The notes: a model not told the origin generated them from the letters alone. A DNA stretch of 64,000 bases from an uncultured delta proteobacterium (GCA_963842085.1 CAWJET010000002.1:608001-672000); one strand, 5' to 3'; positions 8,725 through 18,372 are shown, numbered from the stretch's first letter. Made by a program: numbers and translations.

Positions 8725-10239
8725 ATGTCGAAAATGGAATCATACTTTCCCGCGCTTAACCTCAAGGCGAAGCTGATCGTGCTGATGGTCGGGCTGCTCG
8801 GGCTGACGCTGGGCACGGAGGTGTGGGTGAGCCTGGGCACGCAGGCGGAGATCGTCGCGACGACGCAGGAGAAGGTCAAGGACCTGGCCCGCGTGATCCA
8901 GATCGGCGTGCAGGAATTGACCGCGGTGCGCAGCACCGATCGAGATCAGTTGCACAACTACGTGGACAACCTGCACACGCAGGGGCTCGAAGTATCGATC
9001 GCGTCGAGCGAAAATCTGATCCTCAACAGCTCGAATCCGCATCTGATCGGCGCCGCATTGCGGCCCAAGCAGGCCGAATGGCTGACGCCCGAGCAACTCA
9101 AGCATCCCGATGCACTCGTGACTGTTCCGGCCGGCAAGCTCGGCCTCGCGCCCGAGACGACGGTATATCTGATCCCGGTCGAGGTGGAGGATCACCTGCT
9201 GGGCTACGTGCAGGTGGTGGCGAATTTTGGCGACTTCGCACAGCCACTGGCGCAGAGCCGGACGCGCGAGCTGATGATCGCGTTTGCGATTTTCGCGATC
9301 GGGCTGGTGTTCGCCTATATCCTGGCCGATCGCTACGTGAAGCCGATTCATGCGGTCGCGAATGCGGCGCAGAATATCGCGGCGCGCGGCCTGGAACCGG
9401 TGCCCGAGGCGCATCGGCGCGACGAGATCGGCCTGCTGACGCGCAGCTTCAACGACATGGTCGGCCAACTCCGGCGGGCGCGCGAGCGCGAGCAGGAACT
9501 GAACCGGCTCGAGCGGTTCACCGCGCTGGGGCAACTGGCGGGAGGCCTGGCGCATGAAATCAAGAACCCGCTGAATTTCATCAGCCTTGCACTCGATCAG
9601 CTGCGCGCGCGGTACGCTCCGCAGCAGCCCAACGATCGCGAGGCGTTTCTGCATCAGCTCGGAATCATGAAGGACGAGATGCGGCGGCTGTCGGAGCTGG
9701 TGCAAAGCTTCCTGCATTACGGCAAGCCGATCGAGATATTCCCGGCGCCGACCGACGTCCATCAACTGGTGGACGAAGTCGTGGCGCTCTCGGAATCGAA
9801 AATGAAAAGCCAGGGGATCGAGCTGGCCGAGGAGTGCAGCGAGGCGTCGCCGATTCTCAACGTGGACGCCGAAAAACTGCGCACCTGCTTCATCAACGTT
9901 GTCGCCAACGCGATCCAGGCGATGCCCGAAGGCGGCACGATGCGGATCGTGTTTCGGCGTGTCGTTGGGGACGGCTCGACGGTGATTACGTTTTCGGACA
10001 CCGGCGCCGGGATCGAGGCGGGAGTCGTGGACCACGTCTTCGAGCCGTTTTTCACCACCAAGCGCGAGGGAATCGGCCTCGGGCTGTTTCTGTCGAAGGC
10101 GATTGTCGAGACGCATGGCGGTACAATCGATATCGGGCCCAACGTGGACGGACCCGGAACCACAGTGACTTTCACCTTCCCGCCCAGCGCGGCAGCAGAC
10201 GGACACAATCATGACGCAGGCCTCAGTGCTGGTCGTTGA
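8725..10239 (+). CDS. Sensor histidine kinase (2 TM, HAMP, HisKA, HATPase)
   Basis: RRDEIGLL HAMP, LAHEIKNPL H-box, NAIQAM N-box, DTGAGI, FEPFFTTK, GIGLGL; start uncertain (8701/8725/8734). Confidence 0.93.
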   Translation: MSKMESYFPALNLKAKLIVLMVGLLGLTLGTEVWVSLGTQAEIVATTQEKVKDLARVIQIGVQELTAVRSTDRDQLHNYVDNLHTQGLEVSIASSENLILNSSNPHLIGAALRPKQAEWLTPEQLKHPDALVTVPAGKLGLAPETTVYLIPVEVEDHLLGYVQVVANFGDFAQPLAQSRTRELMIAFAIFAIGLVFAYILADRYVKPIHAVANAAQNIAARGLEPVPEAHRRDEIGLLTRSFNDMVGQLRRAREREQELNRLERFTALGQLAGGLAHEIKNPLNFISLALDQLRARYAPQQPNDREAFLHQLGIMKDEMRRLSELVQSFLHYGKPIEIFPAPTDVHQLVDEVVALSESKMKSQGIELAEECSEASPILNVDAEKLRTCFINVVANAIQAMPEGGTMRIVFRRVVGDGSTVITFSDTGAGIEAGVVDHVFEPFFTTKREGIGLGLFLSKAIVETHGGTIDIGPNVDGPGTTVTFTFPPSAAADGHNHDAGLSAGR

Positions 10240-11632
10240 AGACAACGACCTGGAACGGCAAATCACCGCGGACACGTTGCGTGAAGAGGGATTCGCAGTC
10301 GAAGAGGCGGCGGTCGGCAAGCGCGCGATGGAGTTGCTGGCGCTGTCGCGCTTCGACGTCGTGCTGACCGACCTGATGATGCCCGGGATGTCGGGCGAGG
10401 AGCTGCTGACGAAAGTGCGCGGCGCCTATCCCGGCAGCCAGGTGGTGGTGCTGACCGCGCACGGCTCGACCGACAGCGTGGTGCAGGCAATGAAGGCGGG
10501 CGCCTTCGATTACCTGGAGAAGCCGACCGATCGCGAGAAGCTGGTCACGCGGGTGGCCAAGGCGGCGGAGTTCGCCAACCTGCAGCAGGAAAATCAGTTG
10601 CTGAAGCGGCGGCTGGAAGGCACTTTTGAGATCGAGGGCATTATTGGGCAGGATCCCGCCATCCAGGAAGTGATCCGCCTGGTGCGGCGCGTCGCACCGT
10701 CGAATTCGACGGTGCTGATACAGGGCGAGAGCGGCACCGGCAAGGAAATCGTGGCGAAGGCGATTCATCGGCTGTCGCCGCGCGCGGCGCGCCCGTTCGT
10801 CGCGATCAACTGCTCGGCGATTCCCGACAACCTGATCGAAAACGAACTGTTCGGGCATGAGCGCGGCGCATTCACCGGCGCCAACGAGCGCAAGATAGGG
10901 CTGTTTGAGAGTGCGGACAAATCGACGCTGTTTCTCGACGAGATCGCCGACCTGCCGCAGGGAATGCAGGCGAAGATTCTGCGCGTGCTGCAGGAGAAGG
11001 AACTGCGGCGCGTCGGCGGCAACGACTCGTTTCGCATCGACGTGCGGCTGGTGGCGGCGAGCAATCGCAATATCGCGGAGGAAGTCGGCGAGGGACGCTT
11101 CCGCGAGGACCTGTACTATCGCATCAACGTCGTGACGGTGACGCTGCCGCCGTTGCGCGATCGGCGCGGCGACATTCCGCTGCTGGTGAATCACGCGCTC
11201 GCCAAGTTTGGCCATCTGGCGGAGGGCCGCGTGAAGGAAATCGGGCGCGAGGCAATGGAAGTCCTGCTGGACTACGCGTGGCCGGGCAACGTGCGCCAAC
11301 TCGAGTCGGCTATCGAACGCGCGATCCTGCTGTGCGAAGGCGACAAGGTGATGCCGCGCGATTTGCCCGAGGAAGTGCTGGCGCGCAAGAAGCCGGCCCG
11401 CAGCGCCGAGCGTCAGCGCGGGGACAGGTACGAGATTCCGAGCGAGGGCTTCAATTTCGAGACGTTCGAGCGCGACGCGATTCTGCAGGCGCTCGAGCGC
11501 AATGACTGGGTGATCGCTAAGGCGGCCAAGATGCTCGCGATGAGTTATCGGACGCTGCAATACCGGATCGACAAGTTCGGACTCAAGCGCGGAGAGCAGC
11601 CGAAGCCGCCTCCGGCCGAAGTTAAGGGATAG
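10211..11632 (+). CDS. Sigma54-dependent response regulator (NtrC family)
   Basis: Receiver domain (VEDN, DLMMP), GESGTGKE, GAFTGA, FLDEI, WPGNVRQLE, C-terminal Fis-type HTH. Confidence 0.95.
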   Translation: MTQASVLVVEDNDLERQITADTLREEGFAVEEAAVGKRAMELLALSRFDVVLTDLMMPGMSGEELLTKVRGAYPGSQVVVLTAHGSTDSVVQAMKAGAFDYLEKPTDREKLVTRVAKAAEFANLQQENQLLKRRLEGTFEIEGIIGQDPAIQEVIRLVRRVAPSNSTVLIQGESGTGKEIVAKAIHRLSPRAARPFVAINCSAIPDNLIENELFGHERGAFTGANERKIGLFESADKSTLFLDEIADLPQGMQAKILRVLQEKELRRVGGNDSFRIDVRLVAASNRNIAEEVGEGRFREDLYYRINVVTVTLPPLRDRRGDIPLLVNHALAKFGHLAEGRVKEIGREAMEVLLDYAWPGNVRQLESAIERAILLCEGDKVMPRDLPEEVLARKKPARSAERQRGDRYEIPSEGFNFETFERDAILQALERNDWVIAKAAKMLAMSYRTLQYRIDKFGLKRGEQPKPPPAEVKG

Positions 11633-11749
11633 CGCGAGTTCACTTTGTTAAATTTGAAACCCGCTCGGGCTTTCACGCTTCCTTCGGCAGGGGTGAGCCC
11701 CTGCACCCGGTGAGGAGACAAGGACGCGGGACTTCGTTCCCTGTTAGAA

Positions 11750-12442
11750 GTGCGCAGAAGGCCTAATTCGGTTCGGTCGGCGGCAGCTCTGATCGCAGCC
11801 GCTTTTGTTCTCTCCGCGGCGGTCGCGCGCGCCGCTGAAACCGAGATCGATCATCTTGTCCAGGTACTCGCGCTCAAGCCCGGTTCTTCGGTGGCCGACG
11901 TCGGTGCGGGTTCCGGCGAGATTTCGATCGCGATAGCAAAGCGCGTGGGTCCGAACGGTACGGTTTACTCGACCGAGATCGATCCCAAGCTGCTCGAAAC
12001 AATCCGCCATCTGGCGCAAACAGCGGGGGCGCGAAATGTGGTTGTCATTGCGGGCCGGGAACACGAGACCGGATTGCCGTCAAACTGCTGCGACGCAATC
12101 TTTCTGCGCGAGGTCTACCACCATCTGACGGATCCAACCGGTATCGACAACTCGCTCTATCGGGCTATGCGCCCCGGCGCACGGCTGGCGATCGTCGATT
12201 TCGATCCGTCGCAGCTGCCCGGACAGCCGGCGCCGCCCGGGGTGCCGGCGAATCGCGGCGGGCACGGAGTTCCCGAGCGTATCGTTGCGCAGGAGTTGAC
12301 TCGCACTGGATTCGCGCTGGTGAAGACGATGCCATGGCCAATCAGCGCGTCGGTCAAGCATTACTGCGTGCTGTTCGTGAAACCGCCTTTGTCGACGGAG
12401 ACAAGGGACCTGAACCACATTGAGGCGCCTCGCGCCAACTGA
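11750..12442 (+). CDS. Class I SAM-dependent methyltransferase with signal-peptide-like N-terminus
   Basis: VADVGAGSG motif I, EVYHHL, AMRPGARLAIVDF. Confidence 0.85.
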   Translation: MRRRPNSVRSAAALIAAAFVLSAAVARAAETEIDHLVQVLALKPGSSVADVGAGSGEISIAIAKRVGPNGTVYSTEIDPKLLETIRHLAQTAGARNVVVIAGREHETGLPSNCCDAIFLREVYHHLTDPTGIDNSLYRAMRPGARLAIVDFDPSQLPGQPAPPGVPANRGGHGVPERIVAQELTRTGFALVKTMPWPISASVKHYCVLFVKPPLSTETRDLNHIEAPRAN

Positions 12443-12474
12443 AATCTCGGTGACAAGGAACGAGGCACAGCGGA

Positions 12475-12813
12475 TCAGCCCTTCGCCCAGCTCGTGGGCA
12501 GGTAGAGCCAGCATTCGATTTTGCGGCCGTCCGCGGCAAGCACTTCAATGCGCTCGCGGGTGTAGAGCGTCGGCACTTCTTCGTATTGGTCGAGGATGGC
12601 GAAGTCGCGAGCGCTCAGTCCTTCGAGGATTGCGCCGTCGGTGATAGCGCCGGCTTGTTTGGTGACGAAGTAGTAGCGCTTTCGGCCGCGCCCGTAGCCG
12701 GGGAGTCGCGCGCGGCTCGTGTCGATGGGTCGGCCCAGCAGACGCACGCGCTCGGCGGGATTCATCAGGGAGCCGTACACGAAGAGTAGTTGGTCGTCGT
12801 TGTCCAAAATCAA
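12475..12813 (-). CDS. Gamma-glutamylcyclotransferase (AIG2-like) family protein
   Basis: LFVYGSLM, LDQYEE, YTRERIEV. Confidence 0.85.
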   Translation of the reverse strand: MILDNDDQLLFVYGSLMNPAERVRLLGRPIDTSRARLPGYGRGRKRYYFVTKQAGAITDGAILEGLSARDFAILDQYEEVPTLYTRERIEVLAADGRKIECWLYLPTSWAKG

Positions 12814-12877
12814 GCCGCTTCCGACCTTTGTATTGCCGCATCCAACGGCTTCGCTTACGCTCGCTTCGACAGGCGCG

Positions 12878-13633
12878 ATGCTCGAACGAATATACCTGTT
12901 CCTTGACGAACTTGGCGAAGTCGGAGTGCTGACCGGCGATTTCTTCCGCTACCTGATCCGCCGCCCGTTTGAAGGCCGCCTGTTGCTCGATCAGCTCGAC
13001 GCCGTGGGGGTGAAATCGGTCAACGTCGTCAACCTGACCGCGATTTTTTCCGGGATGGTGCTGGCGCTGCAGATGGGCCAGTTCCTGGCGAAGTTCGGCG
13101 CCAAAATTTACGTGAGCCGGATCATGGGACTCTCGCTGTTGCGCGAGATGGGACCCGCGCTGAGCGCGCTGATGGTCGCGGCACGCGTCGGCGCGGGAAT
13201 AACCGCGGAGCTCGGCACGATGAAGGTGACGGAGCAGATCGACGCGATGCGCTCGCTCGCCACCAGTCCGATCAAGAAGCTGGTGGTGCCGCGCGTGCTC
13301 GCGACGGTGATCATGGTGCCGATCCTGACGGTGCTGGCCGACGCGGTCGGACTGTTCGGCGGGCTGGTTATTTCGGTCACGCAGCTCGGCGTAAGCGCCG
13401 ATTACTTCTACAGTTCGCTGGTTCAGAACGTACAGCTCGGCGACCTGCTCAGCGGACTGGGGAAGTCGGTGTTCTTCGGCTTCGAGATCGCGATAATCGC
13501 ATGCTCGAAGGGCCTGTCCGCAACCGGCGGTGCCGACGGCGTCGGCCGCGCGACGACCTCGGCGGTGGTGGCCGCATCGATCACGGTGCTGATCTCGGAT
13601 TTCTTTTTGACCAAGTTTTTTCTATCGATCTGA
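12878..13633 (+). CDS. mlaE: MlaE family ABC permease
   Basis: REMGPALSAL, AELGTMKVTEQIDA, LVVPRV, GGADGVGRATTSAVV. Confidence 0.93.
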   Translation: MLERIYLFLDELGEVGVLTGDFFRYLIRRPFEGRLLLDQLDAVGVKSVNVVNLTAIFSGMVLALQMGQFLAKFGAKIYVSRIMGLSLLREMGPALSALMVAARVGAGITAELGTMKVTEQIDAMRSLATSPIKKLVVPRVLATVIMVPILTVLADAVGLFGGLVISVTQLGVSADYFYSSLVQNVQLGDLLSGLGKSVFFGFEIAIIACSKGLSATGGADGVGRATTSAVVAASITVLISDFFLTKFFLSI

Positions 13634-14382
13634 TGCCGAACGACGGACGAAAACGATTTATCGAGGTGCGCCAGCTCCGCAAGAGCTTCGCCGGCAAGCC
13701 GGTTTTGCAGGGAGTCAGTCTCGAGGTCTTCGAAGGCGAGACGCTGGTCGTGCTCGGCGGTAGCGGCGAGGGCAAGAGCGTCCTGCTGCGGCATCTCAAC
13801 GGCCTTGAGCGGCCCGACAGCGGCGAAGTGATCGTCGAGGACCGGCGGCTGAACGATCTCAGCGAGGACGCGATGGCCCAGGTCCGCAAGGAAGTCGCGA
13901 TGGTGTTTCAGGGTGGCGCGCTGTTCGACTCGCTCAACGTGTTCGACAACGTCAGCTATCCGCTGCGCGAGCACGGCAAGCTGGACGAGCCGGCTATCGA
14001 GCGGCGCGTGACCGAGCTGCTGGACATGGTCGGGATGACGCGCGTGGAGCATCTTTACCCCGCTGAACTTTCGGGCGGAATGAAAAAGCGCGTCGCGCTG
14101 GCGCGCTCGATCGCCCTGCAGCCCAAGGCGGTTCTGTACGACGAGCCGACGACGGGATTGGACCCCCTGGTGACGCACAGGATAAACTTGCTCATACGCG
14201 GATTGCAGCGGCAGTTGGGCTTTACGTCGGTGGTGGTGACGCACGATCTCAAGAGCGCGTTCATGGTCGGCGACCGCTTCGCGCTGCTCGACAATGGACG
14301 GATAAGATTCAGCGGCACTGCGGACGAAGTGCGCGCAACCAGGGACGAGCTGATGCGCGAATTCGTGGAGATCGCGCTGTGA
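13633..14382 (+). CDS. mlaF: MlaF family ABC ATP-binding protein
   Basis: GGSGEGKS, FQGGALFDSL, LSGGMKKRVALAR, YDEPTTGLDP. Confidence 0.93.
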   Translation: MPNDGRKRFIEVRQLRKSFAGKPVLQGVSLEVFEGETLVVLGGSGEGKSVLLRHLNGLERPDSGEVIVEDRRLNDLSEDAMAQVRKEVAMVFQGGALFDSLNVFDNVSYPLREHGKLDEPAIERRVTELLDMVGMTRVEHLYPAELSGGMKKRVALARSIALQPKAVLYDEPTTGLDPLVTHRINLLIRGLQRQLGFTSVVVTHDLKSAFMVGDRFALLDNGRIRFSGTADEVRATRDELMREFVEIAL

Positions 14383-14403
14383 CAACGGCGAGGCGCGGCG
14401 AGC

Positions 14404-15606
14404 ATGGCTGAGTCCGCCTATTCGCGCGTGCGGGTCGGCGCGTTGATCGCCGCCGGGCTCGGGCTCCTGTGCTTCGCGATTCTCACCATCGGGCATGGCG
14501 CGCAATTTTTCACCCGCACCGAAATCCTGCAGGCGCATTTCGGGCGAATTAACGGCTTGCAAACCGGCGCGCCGGTCACGCTGTCGGGAGTGCGGATCGG
14601 CGCGGTCGAGTCGATAAAATTTCCGCCCGAGCCCGAGAACGGCTACGTGATCGTGCAGATGTGGATCGAGCAATCCGCGGCGGAGCGCGTACGAACCGAT
14701 TCGATCGCGCAGATACATTCGATGGGCCTGCTCGGCGACAAGTTCGTCGCGCTGACTCCGGGCACGCCCGCCGCGCCACCCGCGACGCCAGATACCGTGC
14801 TCGCTTCGGTCAATCCGATCGACTACGAGGCAATTCTGCAACGCGAAGGCACCGACGATTTGATCGCGAACGTAATGGCCATCTCAGGTTCGCTGCGCTC
14901 GATCCTCGCGTCGATCGAAAACGGCCACGGATTGGTCAGTGAACTGGTGCGCGGCGAGGACGCCAACCGGCCGAAAGAGCATCTGACGCTGGAATCGATT
15001 AAGCGCACGCTCGACGATGTCGACAAGCTGTCGCTCGCGCTGGGCCAGGCGATGGACCGCGTCAACAAGGGACAGGGCCTGGTCGGTGCGATGCTGAGCA
15101 ACGAAACCAACGGCAAACAGTTCCTCCACAACCTGTCGGATACCGCGGCGAAGATTCGCCAGACCAGCGCGCGGCTCGATACGCTGATCGCGCGGTTCGA
15201 CAAAGCCAACGGGATTTTACCGCAACTGATGGAGAACAAGGATTTCTCGGACGACGTACTGCCCAACCTGCGCCGGTCGTCGCGCGACCTGAAGGACATC
15301 CTGCAGAAGATCGACTCGGGCCAGGGTACCGCGGGCCTGCTGGTCAACGATCCCGCGCTCTACAATCAACTCACCGGGTTTATGAACCACAGCGGCGGAT
15401 GGGGCCTTCGATTGGTCAACGGCCTCTACAACCTGACGCATCCGTTCGCGAGCCCGTCGCCAAACGGCGGCGCGCAGCCGGTGATGTTGACGGCGTCGCA
15501 AGCGGGCGCGTGCATCGCGCAACCGGCAGCGACCACTGTGTCGGCGGCGATTCCGGCAATAGCTGAACCGGCGCCGAGCGTCGTGAATTCGTCGTCGGCA
15601 AAGTGA
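14404..15606 (+). CDS. mlaD: MlaD/MCE family protein
   Basis: N-terminal TM, GLQTGAPVTLSGVRIGAV, GLLGDKFVAL, long helical extension ending GQGTAGLLVND. Confidence 0.9.
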   Translation: MAESAYSRVRVGALIAAGLGLLCFAILTIGHGAQFFTRTEILQAHFGRINGLQTGAPVTLSGVRIGAVESIKFPPEPENGYVIVQMWIEQSAAERVRTDSIAQIHSMGLLGDKFVALTPGTPAAPPATPDTVLASVNPIDYEAILQREGTDDLIANVMAISGSLRSILASIENGHGLVSELVRGEDANRPKEHLTLESIKRTLDDVDKLSLALGQAMDRVNKGQGLVGAMLSNETNGKQFLHNLSDTAAKIRQTSARLDTLIARFDKANGILPQLMENKDFSDDVLPNLRRSSRDLKDILQKIDSGQGTAGLLVNDPALYNQLTGFMNHSGGWGLRLVNGLYNLTHPFASPSPNGGAQPVMLTASQAGACIAQPAATTVSAAIPAIAEPAPSVVNSSSAK

Positions 15607-15662
15607 TGGTCGCAGTGAAACACTGTCGATTGCCGCAGATGTCTTCGGTATGTTAGCTCCAT

Positions 15663-16160
15663 ATGAGGCTTGAGATACTGATGATGACCCTCCGGAGGAT
15701 TTTCGCGCGCGCGGCCATTGCCCTGCTCACGCTATTCGTGGTCGCATGCTCGGCCGTTCAAAGTAAGTCGCTAAGCACCGGCATGACGCCCGCGCAAGCA
15801 GTGCAGGCTATGGGCGAACCCGACTTGAAGGACAACATCGCTGATCCCAACCACAGCGGCGCCAGTGTGCTGCGCTACGTCTGGCTCGAACCGGGCAAGG
15901 CCGCAATTTTCGGCGCCGACAATCGCCTCGCCAGCATCCAGAACGTCGAGGTCACCGCCAATACCAAGCAGCAAGTCGAGCAGCAGGCTCATGCCGAGCA
16001 GGCTGCGCAAACGCCGCAGCCATTCGATCCGATCGAGACGCCGCTCAATTATCTGTTCTTTCCAGTCAAGGCTGCCACTATTTATTTCGGCGCAGGTCTG
16101 GGTTGCGCCACCGGCACTGGCTGCGAGAAGCCGCAGCTTCCTCCGCCGTCGGCCGGCTAG
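15663..16160 (+). CDS. Hypothetical lipoprotein with SmpA/BamE-like motif
   Basis: Lipobox-like VVAC; LSTGMTPAQAVQAMGEPD resembles the BamE/SmpA GMT..QV..LG.P motif; start uncertain. Confidence 0.6.
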   Translation: MRLEILMMTLRRIFARAAIALLTLFVVACSAVQSKSLSTGMTPAQAVQAMGEPDLKDNIADPNHSGASVLRYVWLEPGKAAIFGADNRLASIQNVEVTANTKQQVEQQAHAEQAAQTPQPFDPIETPLNYLFFPVKAATIYFGAGLGCATGTGCEKPQLPPPSAG

Positions 16161-16660
16161 CCCGAAAATTCTGGACGCGGAATGACGTGGCGACCGATTG
16201 GGATCGGCGGTCAAAGGCGAAGCCCCCCTGTTCGTTCGCCTTCGACCTGTCAAGGAGTGTCGTAATCGGTAAAATTTATCGTTTTCGGCTGACTCGTGGT
16301 GTCATTAGCAGAGTCAGATTGTTATCGCAAGCGGAAGCCCGCTATGTGTTCTTTTAACTCTTGCAACGCCGAGATTTGTCGGTGTGGACTTTATGTTCAT
16401 ACCTATGAGACTGTTGGTGATGGCGCGGAAAGCTCAAACGTTCGCTCAGCCATATATATATTGGCCGAAGAAGGATCCTTGAAACCGGGCCACGCAAAGT
16501 CGGCCGCAGCGCAATTTGACGCATGAAGAAACAGCAATGGAACCGCATCAATCGTGCGGAACCGATTTTGCCTTTCACTACCGATCGGCCAGAGTTTTTA
16601 CGATCTGACTGGTAACGTCCACTACGCAACCCGATGGGAACTACTGGCGGAACACGAACT

Positions 16661-17095
16661 ATGAAAAAAGAAACTCTCGGTCAGGTCCTCAAGCAGAGGC
16701 GCGGCGCTTACGGCTACACCCAGCGTGAACTCGCGCGCAAACTCGGCGTCAAGGCCAGCCACATCGCATACCTCGAAAACGGACGGCGCCGCCCTTCCCT
16801 GTCGCTGCTGTCGCGGATTGCGGATACGCTCGAGCTCGACAAGCAGCGCTTGTTCCTGCTGGCGCATCCCGAGGCGCATTGGATAGTCAGTGAGCGCCGC
16901 GAGTCCTCACCCGCCAAGGGCCGCGACGACTCATGGCGCAAGTTTGCGCGCGATCGCGGGACGCTGGCGCGTCACAAGGTAAGCGAGCGAGAACTCAAGG
17001 TCCTGAAGAACGTAAACATGCTTGGCCGGGTGTCGTCGCCGGGTCAGTTCCTGTTCATCCTGAACGCGATTCGCCAGGCCGTCGAAGAAGAATAG
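16661..17095 (+). CDS. XRE-family HTH transcriptional regulator
   Basis: LGQVLKQRR...TQRELARKLGVKASHIAYLENGRRRPS; C-terminal domain not recognised. Confidence 0.88.
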   Translation: MKKETLGQVLKQRRGAYGYTQRELARKLGVKASHIAYLENGRRRPSLSLLSRIADTLELDKQRLFLLAHPEAHWIVSERRESSPAKGRDDSWRKFARDRGTLARHKVSERELKVLKNVNMLGRVSSPGQFLFILNAIRQAVEEE

Positions 17096-17111
17096 CCGAG
17101 TCTTGCGCGCG

Positions 17112-17954
17112 TCAACTGCCCTTGGGCGGCGGCACGCCGATTCCCTTGAGGAATTCGCTGCGCGCCGTCATCGGGTCGCGCGCGACCGCTTGGTTGTAGG
17201 CGGTCATCAGCGTTCGCGCGTCCTGCGAGCACATCAGCTGTGTCATTTCCATCCGCTCGACGTAGAGTCCGGATTCGAGATCGCGATCGGCGCCCACATA
17301 AACCGCGCGCTTGATCGCGGCGACGGCTCGCGGCGAACGGCTGGCCAGCGTGCGCGCCCATTCCATCGCGAACGGCATCAGCTTTTCCGGCGCGAGCACG
17401 CGGTTCACCATGCCCATCTTCTCGGCGTCGCGGGGGCTGTACACGTTGCCGAACATCAGCACCTCGAGCGCTCTGCCGCGCCCGATGAGCCGCGGCAGGC
17501 GCTGCGTGCCGCCACCGCCGGGTAGAATTCCCAGGACCGCCTCCGGCAGCCCGATCTGGTAGGGGCCATCGGCCGCCAGACGAAAGTCGCACGCCAGTGC
17601 GAGTTCATAGCCGCCGCCCATGCAATCGCCGTTGATCGCCGCGATGACCGCCTTGGGCATCAACATGATCCGGTCGAGCATGCGATGGAACCCCGCCGAC
17701 GCGGCGGGGAAAATCTGCGCGCACGCCGCCGGGTCGGCCGCCATCGCGGCCAGCTCGTCCACGCTGTAGTGCGTGATGAATTTCCCGTCGATTCCGCCGG
17801 TGAGAATAATCGCGCGCGTGTTGGCGTCGCTTTCGGCGCGGCCGACCAGCTCCAGCAGTTCCTGCGACATCGGCGCGGTCATGTAGTTCATCGGTGGATT
17901 GCCGATGGTCCAAACCTGAACGTGGTCGCGCTGCTCGACGGTAAAGTGTTTCAT
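17112..17954 (-). CDS. Enoyl-CoA hydratase/isomerase family protein
   Basis: IAAINGDCMGGGYELALACDFR, LPEAVLGILPGGGGTQRLPRLIG. Confidence 0.92.
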   Translation of the reverse strand: MKHFTVEQRDHVQVWTIGNPPMNYMTAPMSQELLELVGRAESDANTRAIILTGGIDGKFITHYSVDELAAMAADPAACAQIFPAASAGFHRMLDRIMLMPKAVIAAINGDCMGGGYELALACDFRLAADGPYQIGLPEAVLGILPGGGGTQRLPRLIGRGRALEVLMFGNVYSPRDAEKMGMVNRVLAPEKLMPFAMEWARTLASRSPRAVAAIKRAVYVGADRDLESGLYVERMEMTQLMCSQDARTLMTAYNQAVARDPMTARSEFLKGIGVPPPKGS

Positions 17955-18108
17955 CGTTCGTTCTCCACAAACCGGCGAGTAACCCCGGCCGCTTGCAATG
18001 TCAACCCGCCGCATCCTTTCTTATCATTGGTGCAGGGGGGCACCGATGCTGACCCGTTGAGGAGGCACATGCGATGGTTTAGGCTCTGGTGATGGAAGTG
18101 CATTTTCG

Positions 18109-18372
18109 ATGAAGATCGATATCGACCTCAAGTCCGGATTTCTGCAGAGCCTCAAGCGCGAAGTGCTCGACTCGCTCAACACGGAAGAGCGCGCGATCAT
18201 CGAGGTCTCCACCGGCGAGATGGGCAACAAGCCCGACGCGGTCAAGCTCGGATGGCTCAAGATGCGGACCAAGGAGAGCTGGACCAAGCAGCGCTACACC
18301 AAGGCGCTTGGCCGCACGATGGAAAAGTTGCGCGAAGCAGTCGCGCAGGCCGAGAAGAACAAGCGCGACTGA
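18109..18372 (+). CDS. Hypothetical 87-aa protein, weak sigma70 region-4-like pattern
   Basis: Clean high-GC3 codon usage; LDSLNTEERAII...KALGRTMEKLRE. Confidence 0.7.
   Translation: MKIDIDLKSGFLQSLKREVLDSLNTEERAIIEVSTGEMGNKPDAVKLGWLKMRTKESWTKQRYTKALGRTMEKLREAVAQAEKNKRD

Noticed and set aside
11685-11712. gcaggggtgagcccctgc hairpin as a rho-independent terminator
   Set aside because: The stem is real but has no U-tract on either side; it cannot be distinguished from a REP-like remnant
16465-16520. gaaaccgggccacgcaaagtc resembling a c-di-GMP-I riboswitch core
   Set aside because: Lacks the upstream GGYAAA element and the downstream CUAA-containing stem; resemblance is too partial
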